Assembly: GCA_050248795.1 (NCBI GenBank)
Contig: JBFWRS010000006.1
Location: forward strand, 16,246-80,245
Direction of reading: 5' to 3'
From: Burkholderiales bacterium
GTDB lineage: Bacteria; Pseudomonadota; Gammaproteobacteria; Burkholderiales; SG8-39
Length of the DNA: 64,000 nucleotides
Position numbers and translations under genes: made by a program. Positions 1 through 8,732 of the stretch are shown in pieces. The notes beneath the pieces are model-generated. The model searched no databases. It saw only the letters and a program-made list of their open reading frames with translations, and was not told the origin of the DNA. Positions within the stretch are counted from its first letter, which is position 1, and each line of letters opens with the position of its first letter.

Positions 1-454
1 GCGCGAGCTTCAAGCCATCGGGCTCGACCACCAGCGGCCGGGCAAGGAACGGCTCTATGACGTTGGCTGGAATGCTCGGGATCGCACCCTCGCTGGTGCT
101 CTCACGGCGAACCTTCGGCTGCAGCTTCTGGGTGCCGCTCACCGAAAGCGTGCCACGGCTGCGATCGAGGACGATCACGTTCCCCGGATAGATCAGGTGG
201 GGATTCTTGATTTCGTCCTTGTTCAGGTTCCAGAGCTCCGGCCAGCGCGTAGGCGCGTCGGTATAGCGCTCCGAGATCGACCACAGGGTGTCGCCGGGCA
301 CGACGACGTATCGGTCGGGCGCATCCGCGTTCAGCTGCATGGGGCCCTTGTCCTTCGGCATGGCGCCCTTGGACTGGGCCGTGGCCCCGCCCGCGACCGC
401 GGCGGCAAGGACAAAAATGAGCGTTGTGATAGACTTACGCATGTCGTATTGCAT
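1..454 (-). CDS. LysM domain peptidoglycan-binding protein (N-terminal part; continues beyond window edge)
   Basis: Absent from the ORF track because it runs off the edge. Reverse translation from the ATG at 454 gives MQYDMRKSITTLIFVLAAAVAGGATAQ (signal peptide), then RYVVVPGDTLWSISERYTDAPTRWPELWNLNKDEIKNPHLIYPGNVIVL (LysM motif). GGGGG Shine-Dalgarno upstream. Divergent from def. Confidence 0.7.
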   Translation of the reverse strand, partial: MQYDMRKSITTLIFVLAAAVAGGATAQSKGAMPKDKGPMQLNADAPDRYVVVPGDTLWSISERYTDAPTRWPELWNLNKDEIKNPHLIYPGNVIVLDRSRGTLSVSGTQKLQPKVRRESTSEGAIPSIPANVIEPFLARPLVVEPDGLKLA

Positions 455-598
455 GGGACCCCCGTTAATCGCGCTGCGTCCCGGCCTGTTTGAAAGCCCG
501 CTTTGCCGGCCCAAATGTAGCATAACGGCGCAATTGCTTATATGTCGCCTCAAATTCTGCATGTAATGCATTCAATTTGCAAGGTAAATAGCTAGTCC

Positions 599-1102
599 AT
601 GGCACTCCTGACCATCCTGCGGTATCCCGACGCCCGGTTGCACAAGCTGGCAAGCCCGGTAACCGTCTTTGACGCGGGCTTGAAGCGGCTTGTCAGCGAC
701 ATGACCGAGACCATGTACGCAGCCCCGGGCGTGGGTCTCGCCGCCACCCAGGTGGATGTGCACAAGCAGGTCATCGTGGTCGACGTGTCCGAGCGTCGTG
801 ACACCCTGGTGGTACTGGTGAATCCCGAGATCGTCGACGCCTCGGGCGTGTCCGACATCGAAGAGGGTTGCCTGTCGGTGCCCGGAATCTACGACACCGT
901 GGAGCGGGCCGAGCGCATCCGGGTGCGAGCCTGGGACCAGAATGGCAATGCGTTCACGCTCGAAGCACAGGGCCTGCTTTCGGTCTGCATTCAGCACGAG
1001 ATGGATCACCTGAAGGGAAAGGTTTTCGTCGAATACCTTTCGCAGCTGAAACAGACTCGCGTGCGCGCGAAGCTCGCCAAGCTGCAGCGCAAGAGCGCGT
1101 AG
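599..1102 (+). CDS. def: Peptide deformylase
   Basis: 167 aa with the three deformylase motifs [17 protein letters not shown] and HEMDHL. Confidence 0.97.
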   Translation: MALLTILRYPDARLHKLASPVTVFDAGLKRLVSDMTETMYAAPGVGLAATQVDVHKQVIVVDVSERRDTLVVLVNPEIVDASGVSDIEEGCLSVPGIYDTVERAERIRVRAWDQNGNAFTLEAQGLLSVCIQHEMDHLKGKVFVEYLSQLKQTRVRAKLAKLQRKSA

Positions 1103-1138
1103 CCCCCGGCGGGCGGCACGGGCCCGCGACACCTGTCC

Positions 1139-2056
1139 ATGCGTCTAGTGTTTGCCGGCACGCCGGAGTTTGCAGAGCGCGCGCTCTCGGCGCTCGTCTC
1201 GGCCGGCCACCAGATCGCGCTTGTGCTTACCCAGCCCGATCGTCCGTCCGGCCGCGGCATGCGCATCGCGGAATCGGCGGTCAAACAGCGTGCCCGCGCT
1301 GCAGGCATCGAGGTGTTCCAGCCCGAGAGCCTGCGCGATGAGGAGGCCCAGGCACGGGTGAAAGATGCCGGGGCCGATGCAATGGTCGTCGTTGCCTACG
1401 GGCTGATCCTGCCTCGCCCGATACTCGAAGCGACCAGGCTTGGTGCGATAAACATCCACGCGTCGCTGTTGCCACGCTGGCGCGGTGCGGCGCCAATCCA
1501 GCGCGCCCTGCTGGCGGGCGATACGCGCACCGGCGTCACCATCATGCAGATGGACGAAGGCTTGGACACCGGGCCCATGCTGATGCAGCGGGAGATCCCC
1601 ATCCTGCCCGGGGACGATGCCGGCAGCCTGCATGAGCGATTGGCTGCGCTCGGGGCGGACCTGATCGTCGAGGCATTGTCCGGCCAGATCCCGCCGGCGA
1701 CGACGCAGCCCGCGGAGGGCGCAACCTATGCCGCCAAGATCACGCAGGTCGATGCCGTGCTCGACTGGAGCCGTGATGCAGACCACCTGGAACGTGTCGT
1801 GCGTGCAATGCGGCCTGCGCCTGGCGCGCGCACGCTGATAGGCGGGGAGTCACTAAAGGTCTGGCGCGCGCGGCGGATGTCGGCGGCGGGAAGCGCGGGC
1901 ACGATCCTGCGCGCGGACCATGAAGGCATCGTCGTTGCATGCGGCGACGGCGCGCTGTCGCTCCTCGAGGTACAGCGCGCCGGTGGCAAGAGGCTGTCTG
2001 CCGAGCAGTTCCTGCGCGGAGCGAAGCTCGCTGCGGGCGAGCGCATCGGCGGCTGA
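1139..2056 (+). CDS. fmt: Methionyl-tRNA formyltransferase
   Basis: 305 aa, MRLVFAGTPEFA N-terminus and INIHASLLPRWRGAAPIQRA motif. Immediately follows def. Confidence 0.97.
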   Translation: MRLVFAGTPEFAERALSALVSAGHQIALVLTQPDRPSGRGMRIAESAVKQRARAAGIEVFQPESLRDEEAQARVKDAGADAMVVVAYGLILPRPILEATRLGAINIHASLLPRWRGAAPIQRALLAGDTRTGVTIMQMDEGLDTGPMLMQREIPILPGDDAGSLHERLAALGADLIVEALSGQIPPATTQPAEGATYAAKITQVDAVLDWSRDADHLERVVRAMRPAPGARTLIGGESLKVWRARRMSAAGSAGTILRADHEGIVVACGDGALSLLEVQRAGGKRLSAEQFLRGAKLAAGERIGG

Positions 2057-3336
2057 TGGCGGCCGGTGCGCATCTTTACGCCTCACTGCGCGACGCGGCA
2101 ACGATGGTCGAGCAGGTGGCGCGCGGCCGCAGCCTGACCGCGGCGCTCGCGCAGGCGGGAGACGCCGGGACTGAATCGCCGCGCGCGGCGCTCGTCGACC
2201 TGACGCATGGCACCTTGCGCTGCTACGGACGCGTCCAGGCGATCACGCGGGCGCAGGTGCGCAAGGGCACGATGGTCGAGCCCATCATCGAGGCATTGCT
2301 GTGGTGTTCGCTGTATGCGCTTGCGAGCGGCCGCTATGCAGCCTACACCGTCGTAGACCAGGCGGTGCGCGCCTGCAGTGCCCTCGGGCGGCCTGCCGCG
2401 AAGGGCTTTGTGAACGGCGTGTTGCGCAGCTATCAGCGCGAAGCCGCAACGCTCGAATCGCGGCTCGCCGCGAATCCAGAGTTTCGCTGGCAGCATCCTG
2501 GCTGGTGGATCGACACGGTGCGCAGCGCCTGGCCGCAGGATTGGCAGGAAGTGCTCGCCGCGGGGAACACGCACCCGCCGATGACGCTGCGCGTCAACTG
2601 CAGGCGTACCGGCGTCGCGGAATACCTGGCACTGCTCGCAGATGCGGGCATAGGCGTGCTTGATACGTCCGCGCAGGCCGTTCGTCTGGAACGCCCGGTG
2701 CCGGTCGACCGCCTTCCCGGCTTTGCCGCTGGCGCGGTGTCCGTGCAGGACGCCGGCGCGCAACTTGCAGCGGCGTACCTGGATGCCGTGCCCGGCATGC
2801 GGGTACTCGACGCCTGCGCCGCACCGGGCGGAAAGTGCGCGCACATCCTCGAGCGCGCGGACGTTGCCTTGACCGCGCTCGACATCGACCCCCAGCGCTG
2901 CGGGCAGATCGAAAGCAACCTCGCGCGGCTTGGGCTCTCTGCGGACGTGCGCAGCGCGGATTGCAGCCAGCCCGGCAGCTGGTTCGACGGCCGGCGATAC
3001 GAGCGCATCCTCGCCGACGTGCCGTGCAGCGCCTCGGGGGTGGTGCGGCGCCACCCGGATATCAAGTGGCTGCGCCGCGCGAGCGACATCAAAGGCTTCG
3101 CGCGGCGTCAGGCGGGAATCCTGGATGCACTGTGGCAGGTACTCGCGCCGGGTGGTAGATTGCTGTACGTCACGTGTTCGGTGTTTCCCGAGGAGAACGA
3201 CGCAGTGGTCGATGCGTTTTGCAGACGCACGCCGGCGGCAAGCAGGCTTTCGCTGCCCGAGGGCGCGACGCCGCAGCTGCTCCCCGGACCCCGGCACGAC
3301 GGCTTCTATTACGCCCTGCTGGGTCGTGGAAGCTGA
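2056..3336 (+). CDS. rsmB: 16S rRNA (cytosine967-C5)-methyltransferase
   Basis: NusB-like N-terminal region, then the SAM-MTase motifs VLDACAAPGGK, DVPCSASG and LLYVTCS. I start it at ATG 2056 (overlapping the fmt TGA) rather than at the ORF-track start 1939, which lies inside fmt. Confidence 0.92.
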   Translation: MAAGAHLYASLRDAATMVEQVARGRSLTAALAQAGDAGTESPRAALVDLTHGTLRCYGRVQAITRAQVRKGTMVEPIIEALLWCSLYALASGRYAAYTVVDQAVRACSALGRPAAKGFVNGVLRSYQREAATLESRLAANPEFRWQHPGWWIDTVRSAWPQDWQEVLAAGNTHPPMTLRVNCRRTGVAEYLALLADAGIGVLDTSAQAVRLERPVPVDRLPGFAAGAVSVQDAGAQLAAAYLDAVPGMRVLDACAAPGGKCAHILERADVALTALDIDPQRCGQIESNLARLGLSADVRSADCSQPGSWFDGRRYERILADVPCSASGVVRRHPDIKWLRRASDIKGFARRQAGILDALWQVLAPGGRLLYVTCSVFPEENDAVVDAFCRRTPAASRLSLPEGATPQLLPGPRHDGFYYALLGRGS

Positions 3337-3345
3337 GGCGGCGCG

Positions 3346-3945
3346 ATGCGCGGCATCGCCTTGGTGCTGGCCGTAATCGTTGTGCTGCTAGCCGCGGCGG
3401 GCGCGCGTGCGGATGAGATCGAGGTGCGCGACGTCTGGGTCGAGGCCGTCGATGACGGCATCGCGCTCAATGCCGATTTCGACTTCGAGCTCAACCCTAG
3501 ACTTGCAGAAACGGTGAAGGGCGGTGTCCCGCTGTACTTCGCGGTGGAGTTCGAGCTGACGCGTTCGCGCTGGTGGTGGTTCGACGAAAGGACCCTGTCG
3601 GCGCGCAACGAGGTGAGGATTTCCTACCACCCGCTGTCGCGGCAGTACCGGCTGGCAAGCGGCGTCATCCAGCAGAGCTTCGGCACCCTGGAAGAGGCGG
3701 TCGCGGTGCTGCGACGGGTGAGGAACTGGATCGTCGTCGACAAGGCCACGTCGCTGAACGACGCTGCCTACGAAGCCGCGCTGCGCATGCGGCTCGATCT
3801 CACCTTGCTGCCCAGGCCGTTCCAGGTAAGCGCCTTGACGAGCCGCGACTGGCGGCTCGAATCGCCGTGGAAGCGCTTCATCTACAAGCCGGGCCCGGCG
3901 CCCACTTCCTCGCGGCAGAATCAGCCTGGGACGCCGGGCAGATGA
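3346..3945 (+). CDS. DUF4390 domain-containing protein (secreted)
   Basis: 199 aa with a signal peptide MRGIALVLAVIVVLLAAAGARA. Sits between rsmB and the ntrY-like kinase, as is conserved in betaproteobacteria. The family assignment is from memory of this synteny. Confidence 0.75.
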   Translation: MRGIALVLAVIVVLLAAAGARADEIEVRDVWVEAVDDGIALNADFDFELNPRLAETVKGGVPLYFAVEFELTRSRWWWFDERTLSARNEVRISYHPLSRQYRLASGVIQQSFGTLEEAVAVLRRVRNWIVVDKATSLNDAAYEAALRMRLDLTLLPRPFQVSALTSRDWRLESPWKRFIYKPGPAPTSSRQNQPGTPGR

Positions 3946-6068
3946 GGACGCTGCTGATCATCGGTTCGGCGCTGGCGGGCGTGCTGCTCTACCTGCTCGC
4001 GAGCGCGAGCGCGAACACCAGCCAGCTCGCACAGTACTATCCGCTTCTCGTCGGCCTGAATGCCGCGCTGGCGGCGCTGCTCGCGTCACTCGTGGTCTGG
4101 CAGCTTGCCAGGCTGTGGAGACGGTACAAGGCGCGTGAGTTCGGATCGCGTCTTACATTGAGGCTGCTGGTCCTGCTCGCAGGCATGGCGATCGCGCCCG
4201 GCGTGCTGGTGTACACGGTGTCGGTGCAGTTTCTCGTCAAGTCCATCGAGTCCTGGTTCGACGTCAAGGTCGATGCCGCGCTTGAAGGCGGCATCAGCCT
4301 GGGCCAGGCAGCGATAGACCAGATGCTTTCAGACCTGAACGCCAAGGGCCGCGCGATGGCGGCGGAACTGGCAGATCGCACAGCGGCCCAGCAGATGGTG
4401 CAGTTGAACCGCCTGCGCGAACAGGCGGATGCTAGGGAAGCGGTCCTGGTGACCGCGGGTGGCAAGGTGATCGCCAGCGCCAGTGCTGACCTCACGCATC
4501 TGGTTCCCGAGCTGCCCTCCCCGGCGATCCTGCGCCAGGCACGTGCGACGCGCGGCTATACCGGCATAGACGCCGAGGCCGGCGAGCCGCTGTCCCTGCG
4601 CGTGGTCGTTCTGGTTCCCGGTGGCGGCATTGCCGACGAACCGCGCTACCTGCAGCTGCGCAGGACAGTACCGCCCGCCATCGGTCGCAGCGCCGAGGCC
4701 GTGGAAGCTGCCTTCAGGGACTACCGCGAACTCGCGCTGTCGCGCCAGGGCCTGAAGCGCATCTACATTGTCACGCTGACGCTTGCGCTCGCGATGGCCC
4801 TGTTCGTCGCGATAGCACTGGCGTTCGTCCTTTCAGGCCGGCTGTCCGATCCGCTGGCCAGGCTTGCCGGAGCGACACAGGCCGTCGCGCGCGGTGATTT
4901 CTCGCGACAGATGCCGGTGACCAGTCGCGACGAGCTGGGCGTGCTGACCGAGTCCTTCAACTCGATGACCCGTCAGCTCGACGAAGCGCGCAGCATCGTC
5001 GAGGCCAACCGCGTACAGGTGGAGGCCGCGAAGGCGCACCTGGAGAATATTCTCGCCAACCTGTCCGCCGGTGCGCTGGTATTCGACGCCGGCCTGCGGC
5101 TGCAGCTTTCCAATCACAGCGCTGAGTCGATCCTCGGCGTGCAGGTGGCCGCGTTCGCGGGGGTGCCCCTGGATCAATGGAACGGCCCCCTGGTGCCGTT
5201 TGCCAGGTCCATCCGCGAGCAGTTCCTGGCGGCCGGCGAGCGGACCTGGCAGATCGAGTATGCGCTGGCGGGAACAGCCAGAACGCTGCTCGTGCGCGGC
5301 AGCGGCCTGCCCGTGGCATCGGGTGGCGGGTTCGTACTCGTGTTCGACGACATCACGCAACTCATTCATGCGCAGCGCGCCACTGCGTGGGCAGAGGTCG
5401 CGCGCCGCCTCGCGCACGAGATCAAGAATCCGCTGACCCCGATCCAGCTGTCTGCGGAGCGCCTCGAAATGAAGCTCGCCGACCGCCTGAGTGCCGAAGA
5501 CGCGGAAGTGCTGCGGCGCGCCACGAAAACCATCGTGAACCAGGTTGGCGCATTGAAGAGCATGGTGGATGATTTTCGCGACTACTCCCGGCTCCCTGCG
5601 CCGACTTTCGCCGCGCTCGATCTCAATGCGCTGGTGCGCGAGGTGCTTGCGCTTTACGATGCGCCGGGCCTTTCCCCGGTCTGCGAACTGGCGCCGGATC
5701 TGCCGCTGGTGAAGGCTGATTCCGCGCAGATCCGGCAAGTGATACACAATCTGGTACAGAACGCGCAGGATGCCCTTGCCGGGCGCGCCGATCCCCGCGT
5801 CGAAATACGCACGGCGCCGGCCGGAATGCAGGTGCGGCTGACGGTGGCCGACAACGGATCCGGTTTTCCCGAGGAAATGATGTCCAGAATCTTCGAACCC
5901 TATGCAACGACGAAGCCGCGCGGGACCGGCCTGGGCCTCGCGATCGTGAAGAAGATCATCGATGAGCATCACGGCACGATATCGATAGAGAATCGCCCTC
6001 AGCATGGGGCCACGGTGAGCGTGCTCATCCCGGCTGCCGGGGCTGGCACCGCGGCGAGGGCGGCCTGA
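3942..6068 (+). CDS. ntrY: NtrY-like PAS/HAMP sensor histidine kinase
   Basis: Start ATG 3942 (ATGA overlap with the upstream stop). N-terminal TM helices, H-box HEIKNPLTPIQLSAERL, and ATPase boxes QNAQDA, DNGSGFP and GTGLGLAIVKKI. The ORF-track start 3573 lies inside the DUF4390 gene. Confidence 0.9.
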   Translation: MRTLLIIGSALAGVLLYLLASASANTSQLAQYYPLLVGLNAALAALLASLVVWQLARLWRRYKAREFGSRLTLRLLVLLAGMAIAPGVLVYTVSVQFLVKSIESWFDVKVDAALEGGISLGQAAIDQMLSDLNAKGRAMAAELADRTAAQQMVQLNRLREQADAREAVLVTAGGKVIASASADLTHLVPELPSPAILRQARATRGYTGIDAEAGEPLSLRVVVLVPGGGIADEPRYLQLRRTVPPAIGRSAEAVEAAFRDYRELALSRQGLKRIYIVTLTLALAMALFVAIALAFVLSGRLSDPLARLAGATQAVARGDFSRQMPVTSRDELGVLTESFNSMTRQLDEARSIVEANRVQVEAAKAHLENILANLSAGALVFDAGLRLQLSNHSAESILGVQVAAFAGVPLDQWNGPLVPFARSIREQFLAAGERTWQIEYALAGTARTLLVRGSGLPVASGGGFVLVFDDITQLIHAQRATAWAEVARRLAHEIKNPLTPIQLSAERLEMKLADRLSAEDAEVLRRATKTIVNQVGALKSMVDDFRDYSRLPAPTFAALDLNALVREVLALYDAPGLSPVCELAPDLPLVKADSAQIRQVIHNLVQNAQDALAGRADPRVEIRTAPAGMQVRLTVADNGSGFPEEMMSRIFEPYATTKPRGTGLGLAIVKKIIDEHHGTISIENRPQHGATVSVLIPAAGAGTAARAA

Positions 6069-6088
6069 ATGGCGCGGACGAACTGACA

Positions 6089-7336
6089 ATGGCGAAGATC
6101 CTGGTCGTCGACGACGAGATCGGCATCCGCGAACTGCTTTCCGAGATCCTCGCGGACGAAGGCCACGAGGTCCTGCTCGCGGAGAACGCCGGTGCGGCGA
6201 GGCGCGCGCGCGAAGCGCAGCGCCCTGACCTTGTCCTGCTGGACATCTGGATGCCTGATACCGACGGCATCTCGCTGTTGAAGGAGTGGTCCGCCACCGG
6301 GCAGCTGAACATGCCGGTGGTGATGATGTCGGGCCACGGGACCATCGAAACCGCGGTCGAAGCAACCCGCATCGGCGCCATGGACTACCTGGAGAAGCCA
6401 ATCGCGCTGCAACGCCTGATCGCCACGGTCAAGCGCGCGTTGCGCAACCAGGACCTGGCACCGCCGCCTCCGCTCTCGCTCGCCGCGCTGGGGCGCTCCG
6501 CGGTGCTGGCAGACGTGAAGAAGCGTCTTGCGCAACTCGCGCAGTCCGCCGCGCCGCTGATGCTGCGGGGCGAGCCTGGCATGCGCCCGGAGCTCTTCGC
6601 GCGGATGCTTGCCGCGCCGGGAGTGCCGTTCATCGGTGGCGATGCGCTCGCATCGGAACCCGCGGCGGAAGTCCTCGCCAGGGCCGCGGGTGGAATCCTC
6701 TTCCTGGCTGACCTCAGCCGCATGGGGCGCAACGAGCGCCGCAACCTGGAGTTCGTGCTGGACCGCGCCGCAAAGAGCAAGGCACGCGTGGTGTCGTTCT
6801 CGCCTCTCGAACCCAAGGCATTGGTGGGCCAGGCCGATTTCGACCCGCAACTCGCAGCCCGCGTCGCGGAACTGACGTTAAGGCTGCCGCCGCTGCGCGA
6901 GTTCGCCGAGGACATCCCCGAGATTGCCTCGCTGATGCTCGTGCATCTGGTGGAAGCGCGCGTATGCCCGCCGCGGCGCCTTTCAACCGGGGCACTGAAT
7001 GCCTTGCGCCACCGGCAATGGCCGGGAAACCTCGCCGAGCTCGAATCGGCGGTGAAGAACATTGCGCTCACTGCGCTGGACGAGGAGCTGCAGGTTGAGG
7101 ACGTCGAGCGCGTCCTGGCGGCAGATGCGCCGCAGGCACCGGGCATCGAGTTGCCGCTGGAGCGCCCCTACAGGGAAGCGCGGGAGGCCTTCGAGCGCCT
7201 CTACTTCGATCGACTTCTGGCCGAGGAGCATGGTTCCATGTCCCGCGTAGCGGAGCGCTCGGGACTGGAGCGCACGCACCTGTACCGGAAACTCAAGGCG
7301 CTGGGGCTGTCGGTGGGCAGGCGCGAGGAAAGCTGA
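6089..7336 (+). CDS. ntrX: NtrX-like response regulator (REC + degenerate NtrC-type AAA+ + Fis-type HTH)
   Basis: REC domain (VVDDE, LLDIWMPDTDG, EKP), a central domain with GEPGMRPE in place of Walker A, PPLREFAEDIP and WPGNLAELES, and a C-terminal HTH MSRVAERSGLERTHLYRKLKALGL. Confidence 0.85.
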   Translation: MAKILVVDDEIGIRELLSEILADEGHEVLLAENAGAARRAREAQRPDLVLLDIWMPDTDGISLLKEWSATGQLNMPVVMMSGHGTIETAVEATRIGAMDYLEKPIALQRLIATVKRALRNQDLAPPPPLSLAALGRSAVLADVKKRLAQLAQSAAPLMLRGEPGMRPELFARMLAAPGVPFIGGDALASEPAAEVLARAAGGILFLADLSRMGRNERRNLEFVLDRAAKSKARVVSFSPLEPKALVGQADFDPQLAARVAELTLRLPPLREFAEDIPEIASLMLVHLVEARVCPPRRLSTGALNALRHRQWPGNLAELESAVKNIALTALDEELQVEDVERVLAADAPQAPGIELPLERPYREAREAFERLYFDRLLAEEHGSMSRVAERSGLERTHLYRKLKALGLSVGRREES

Positions 7337-7346
7337 AGGGACCGCG

Positions 7347-8720
7347 ATGAAGATCGTCATACTCGGCGCGGGGCAGGTGGGTGCCAGCGTCGCGGAGAGC
7401 CTGGAGTCCGAGGATAACGACATCACCGTCGTCGACATCGACCGCGCGCGCCTGCGCGCGCTGCAGGACAGGCTTGACCTGCGCACCGTCAGCGGCAGCG
7501 CCTCGCATCCTTCGGTCCTGGCCGAGGCGGGCATCGGCGACGCCGACCTGCTGATCGCGGTAACGCAGTCGGACGAGACCAATCTGGTTGCGTGCAAGCT
7601 GGCCGCGCAGCTGTTCAATGTGCCCCGCCGCGTGGCGCGCCTGAGGGCGGCGGACTTCCTCGAGGACAAGCAGGTACTCGGGGCGGAGTGTTTCGGCATC
7701 GACCTCGCGATCTGCCCCGAGCAGGTACTTTCGGACTACATCACGAAGCTGGTCGAGTTTCCCGAGGCATTGCAGGTGCTCGATTTCGCCGACGGGCTGG
7801 TGAGCCTCGTGGGCGTGCGCGCGTATACAGGCGGTCCGCTGGTGGGCCGGCCGGTAGAAGATATCCGCAAGCACATGCCCTCCATAGACGCGCGCATCGT
7901 CGCCATCTTCCGTGGCGGCAGCTCGATCGCGCCTGATGGCGGCACGGTCATCGAGGCCGGTGACGAAGTCTTCTGCCTCGCTGCCGAGAAGGACATTCGC
8001 CAGGTCATGCGCGAGCTGCGTCGCATGGACAAGCCGGTGGAGCGCATCATGATCGCCGGCGGCGGCAAGATCGGCCTGCGGCTCGCGCGCTCGCTGGAGC
8101 GCGACTACTCGGTGCGCGTCGTCGAGCACAACAAGGCGCGCTGCGAATACCTTGCCACCCAGCTGGGCCGGGCGCTCCTGCTGCAGGGCGATGCGACCGA
8201 CGAGGAACTGCTGGAAGAAGAGAACATCGCCGAGATGGACCTCTTCGCAGCCGTCACCAATGACGACGAGAACAACATCATGAGCTGCCTGCTGGCGAAG
8301 CGCATGGGCGCACGCCGGGTGGTGGCGCTGATCAATCGCCGCTCCTATGTCGATCTGCTGCAGAGCGGCCAGATAGACATCGCCATCTCGCCGGCGCAGG
8401 CGACGATAGGCAAGCTGCTCGCGCACGTGCGCCGCGGTGACGTGGTCGCCGTGCACAGCCTGCGGCGAGGTGCGGCGGAGGCGATCGAGGCGGTCGTGCA
8501 TGGTGACCGCGAGTCCTGCCGCGTCAGCGGACGGCGCATAGACGAGGTCGAGCTTCCGCCCGGCGCGACGATCGGTGCGATCGTGCGTGGCGAGGATGTG
8601 CTGATGGCGCACCACGACATCCGCATCGAGGCAGGCGACCACGTGATCGTCTTCGTCGCCGACAAGAAGACGCTGCCGAAAGTGGAGAAGCTCTTCCAGG
8701 TCAGCGCGCGGTTCCTCTAG
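7347..8720 (+). CDS. trkA: Trk potassium uptake system NAD-binding protein
   Basis: 457 aa with two Rossmann GxGxxG motifs (ILGAGQVG and IAGGGKIG) and duplicated RCK architecture. Confidence 0.95.
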   Translation: MKIVILGAGQVGASVAESLESEDNDITVVDIDRARLRALQDRLDLRTVSGSASHPSVLAEAGIGDADLLIAVTQSDETNLVACKLAAQLFNVPRRVARLRAADFLEDKQVLGAECFGIDLAICPEQVLSDYITKLVEFPEALQVLDFADGLVSLVGVRAYTGGPLVGRPVEDIRKHMPSIDARIVAIFRGGSSIAPDGGTVIEAGDEVFCLAAEKDIRQVMRELRRMDKPVERIMIAGGGKIGLRLARSLERDYSVRVVEHNKARCEYLATQLGRALLLQGDATDEELLEEENIAEMDLFAAVTNDDENNIMSCLLAKRMGARRVVALINRRSYVDLLQSGQIDIAISPAQATIGKLLAHVRRGDVVAVHSLRRGAAEAIEAVVHGDRESCRVSGRRIDEVELPPGATIGAIVRGEDVLMAHHDIRIEAGDHVIVFVADKKTLPKVEKLFQVSARFL

Positions 8721-8732
8721 CCACTTGACCTC

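Noticed and set aside
1939-2055. N-terminal extensions given by the ORF track for many genes (rsmB 1939, ntrY 3573, comM 23154, the RNase II-like gene 33234, aroE 36424, mtgA 36950, pyrC' 46046, rlpA 47146, lipB 50278, DUF4197 52424, LOG 56208, HIT 62892, and others).
   Set aside because: The extensions overlap the preceding well-supported gene and translate to Arg-rich junk. Internal starts restore family-typical N-termini, signal peptides, SD sequences or 4-nt stop-start overlaps.
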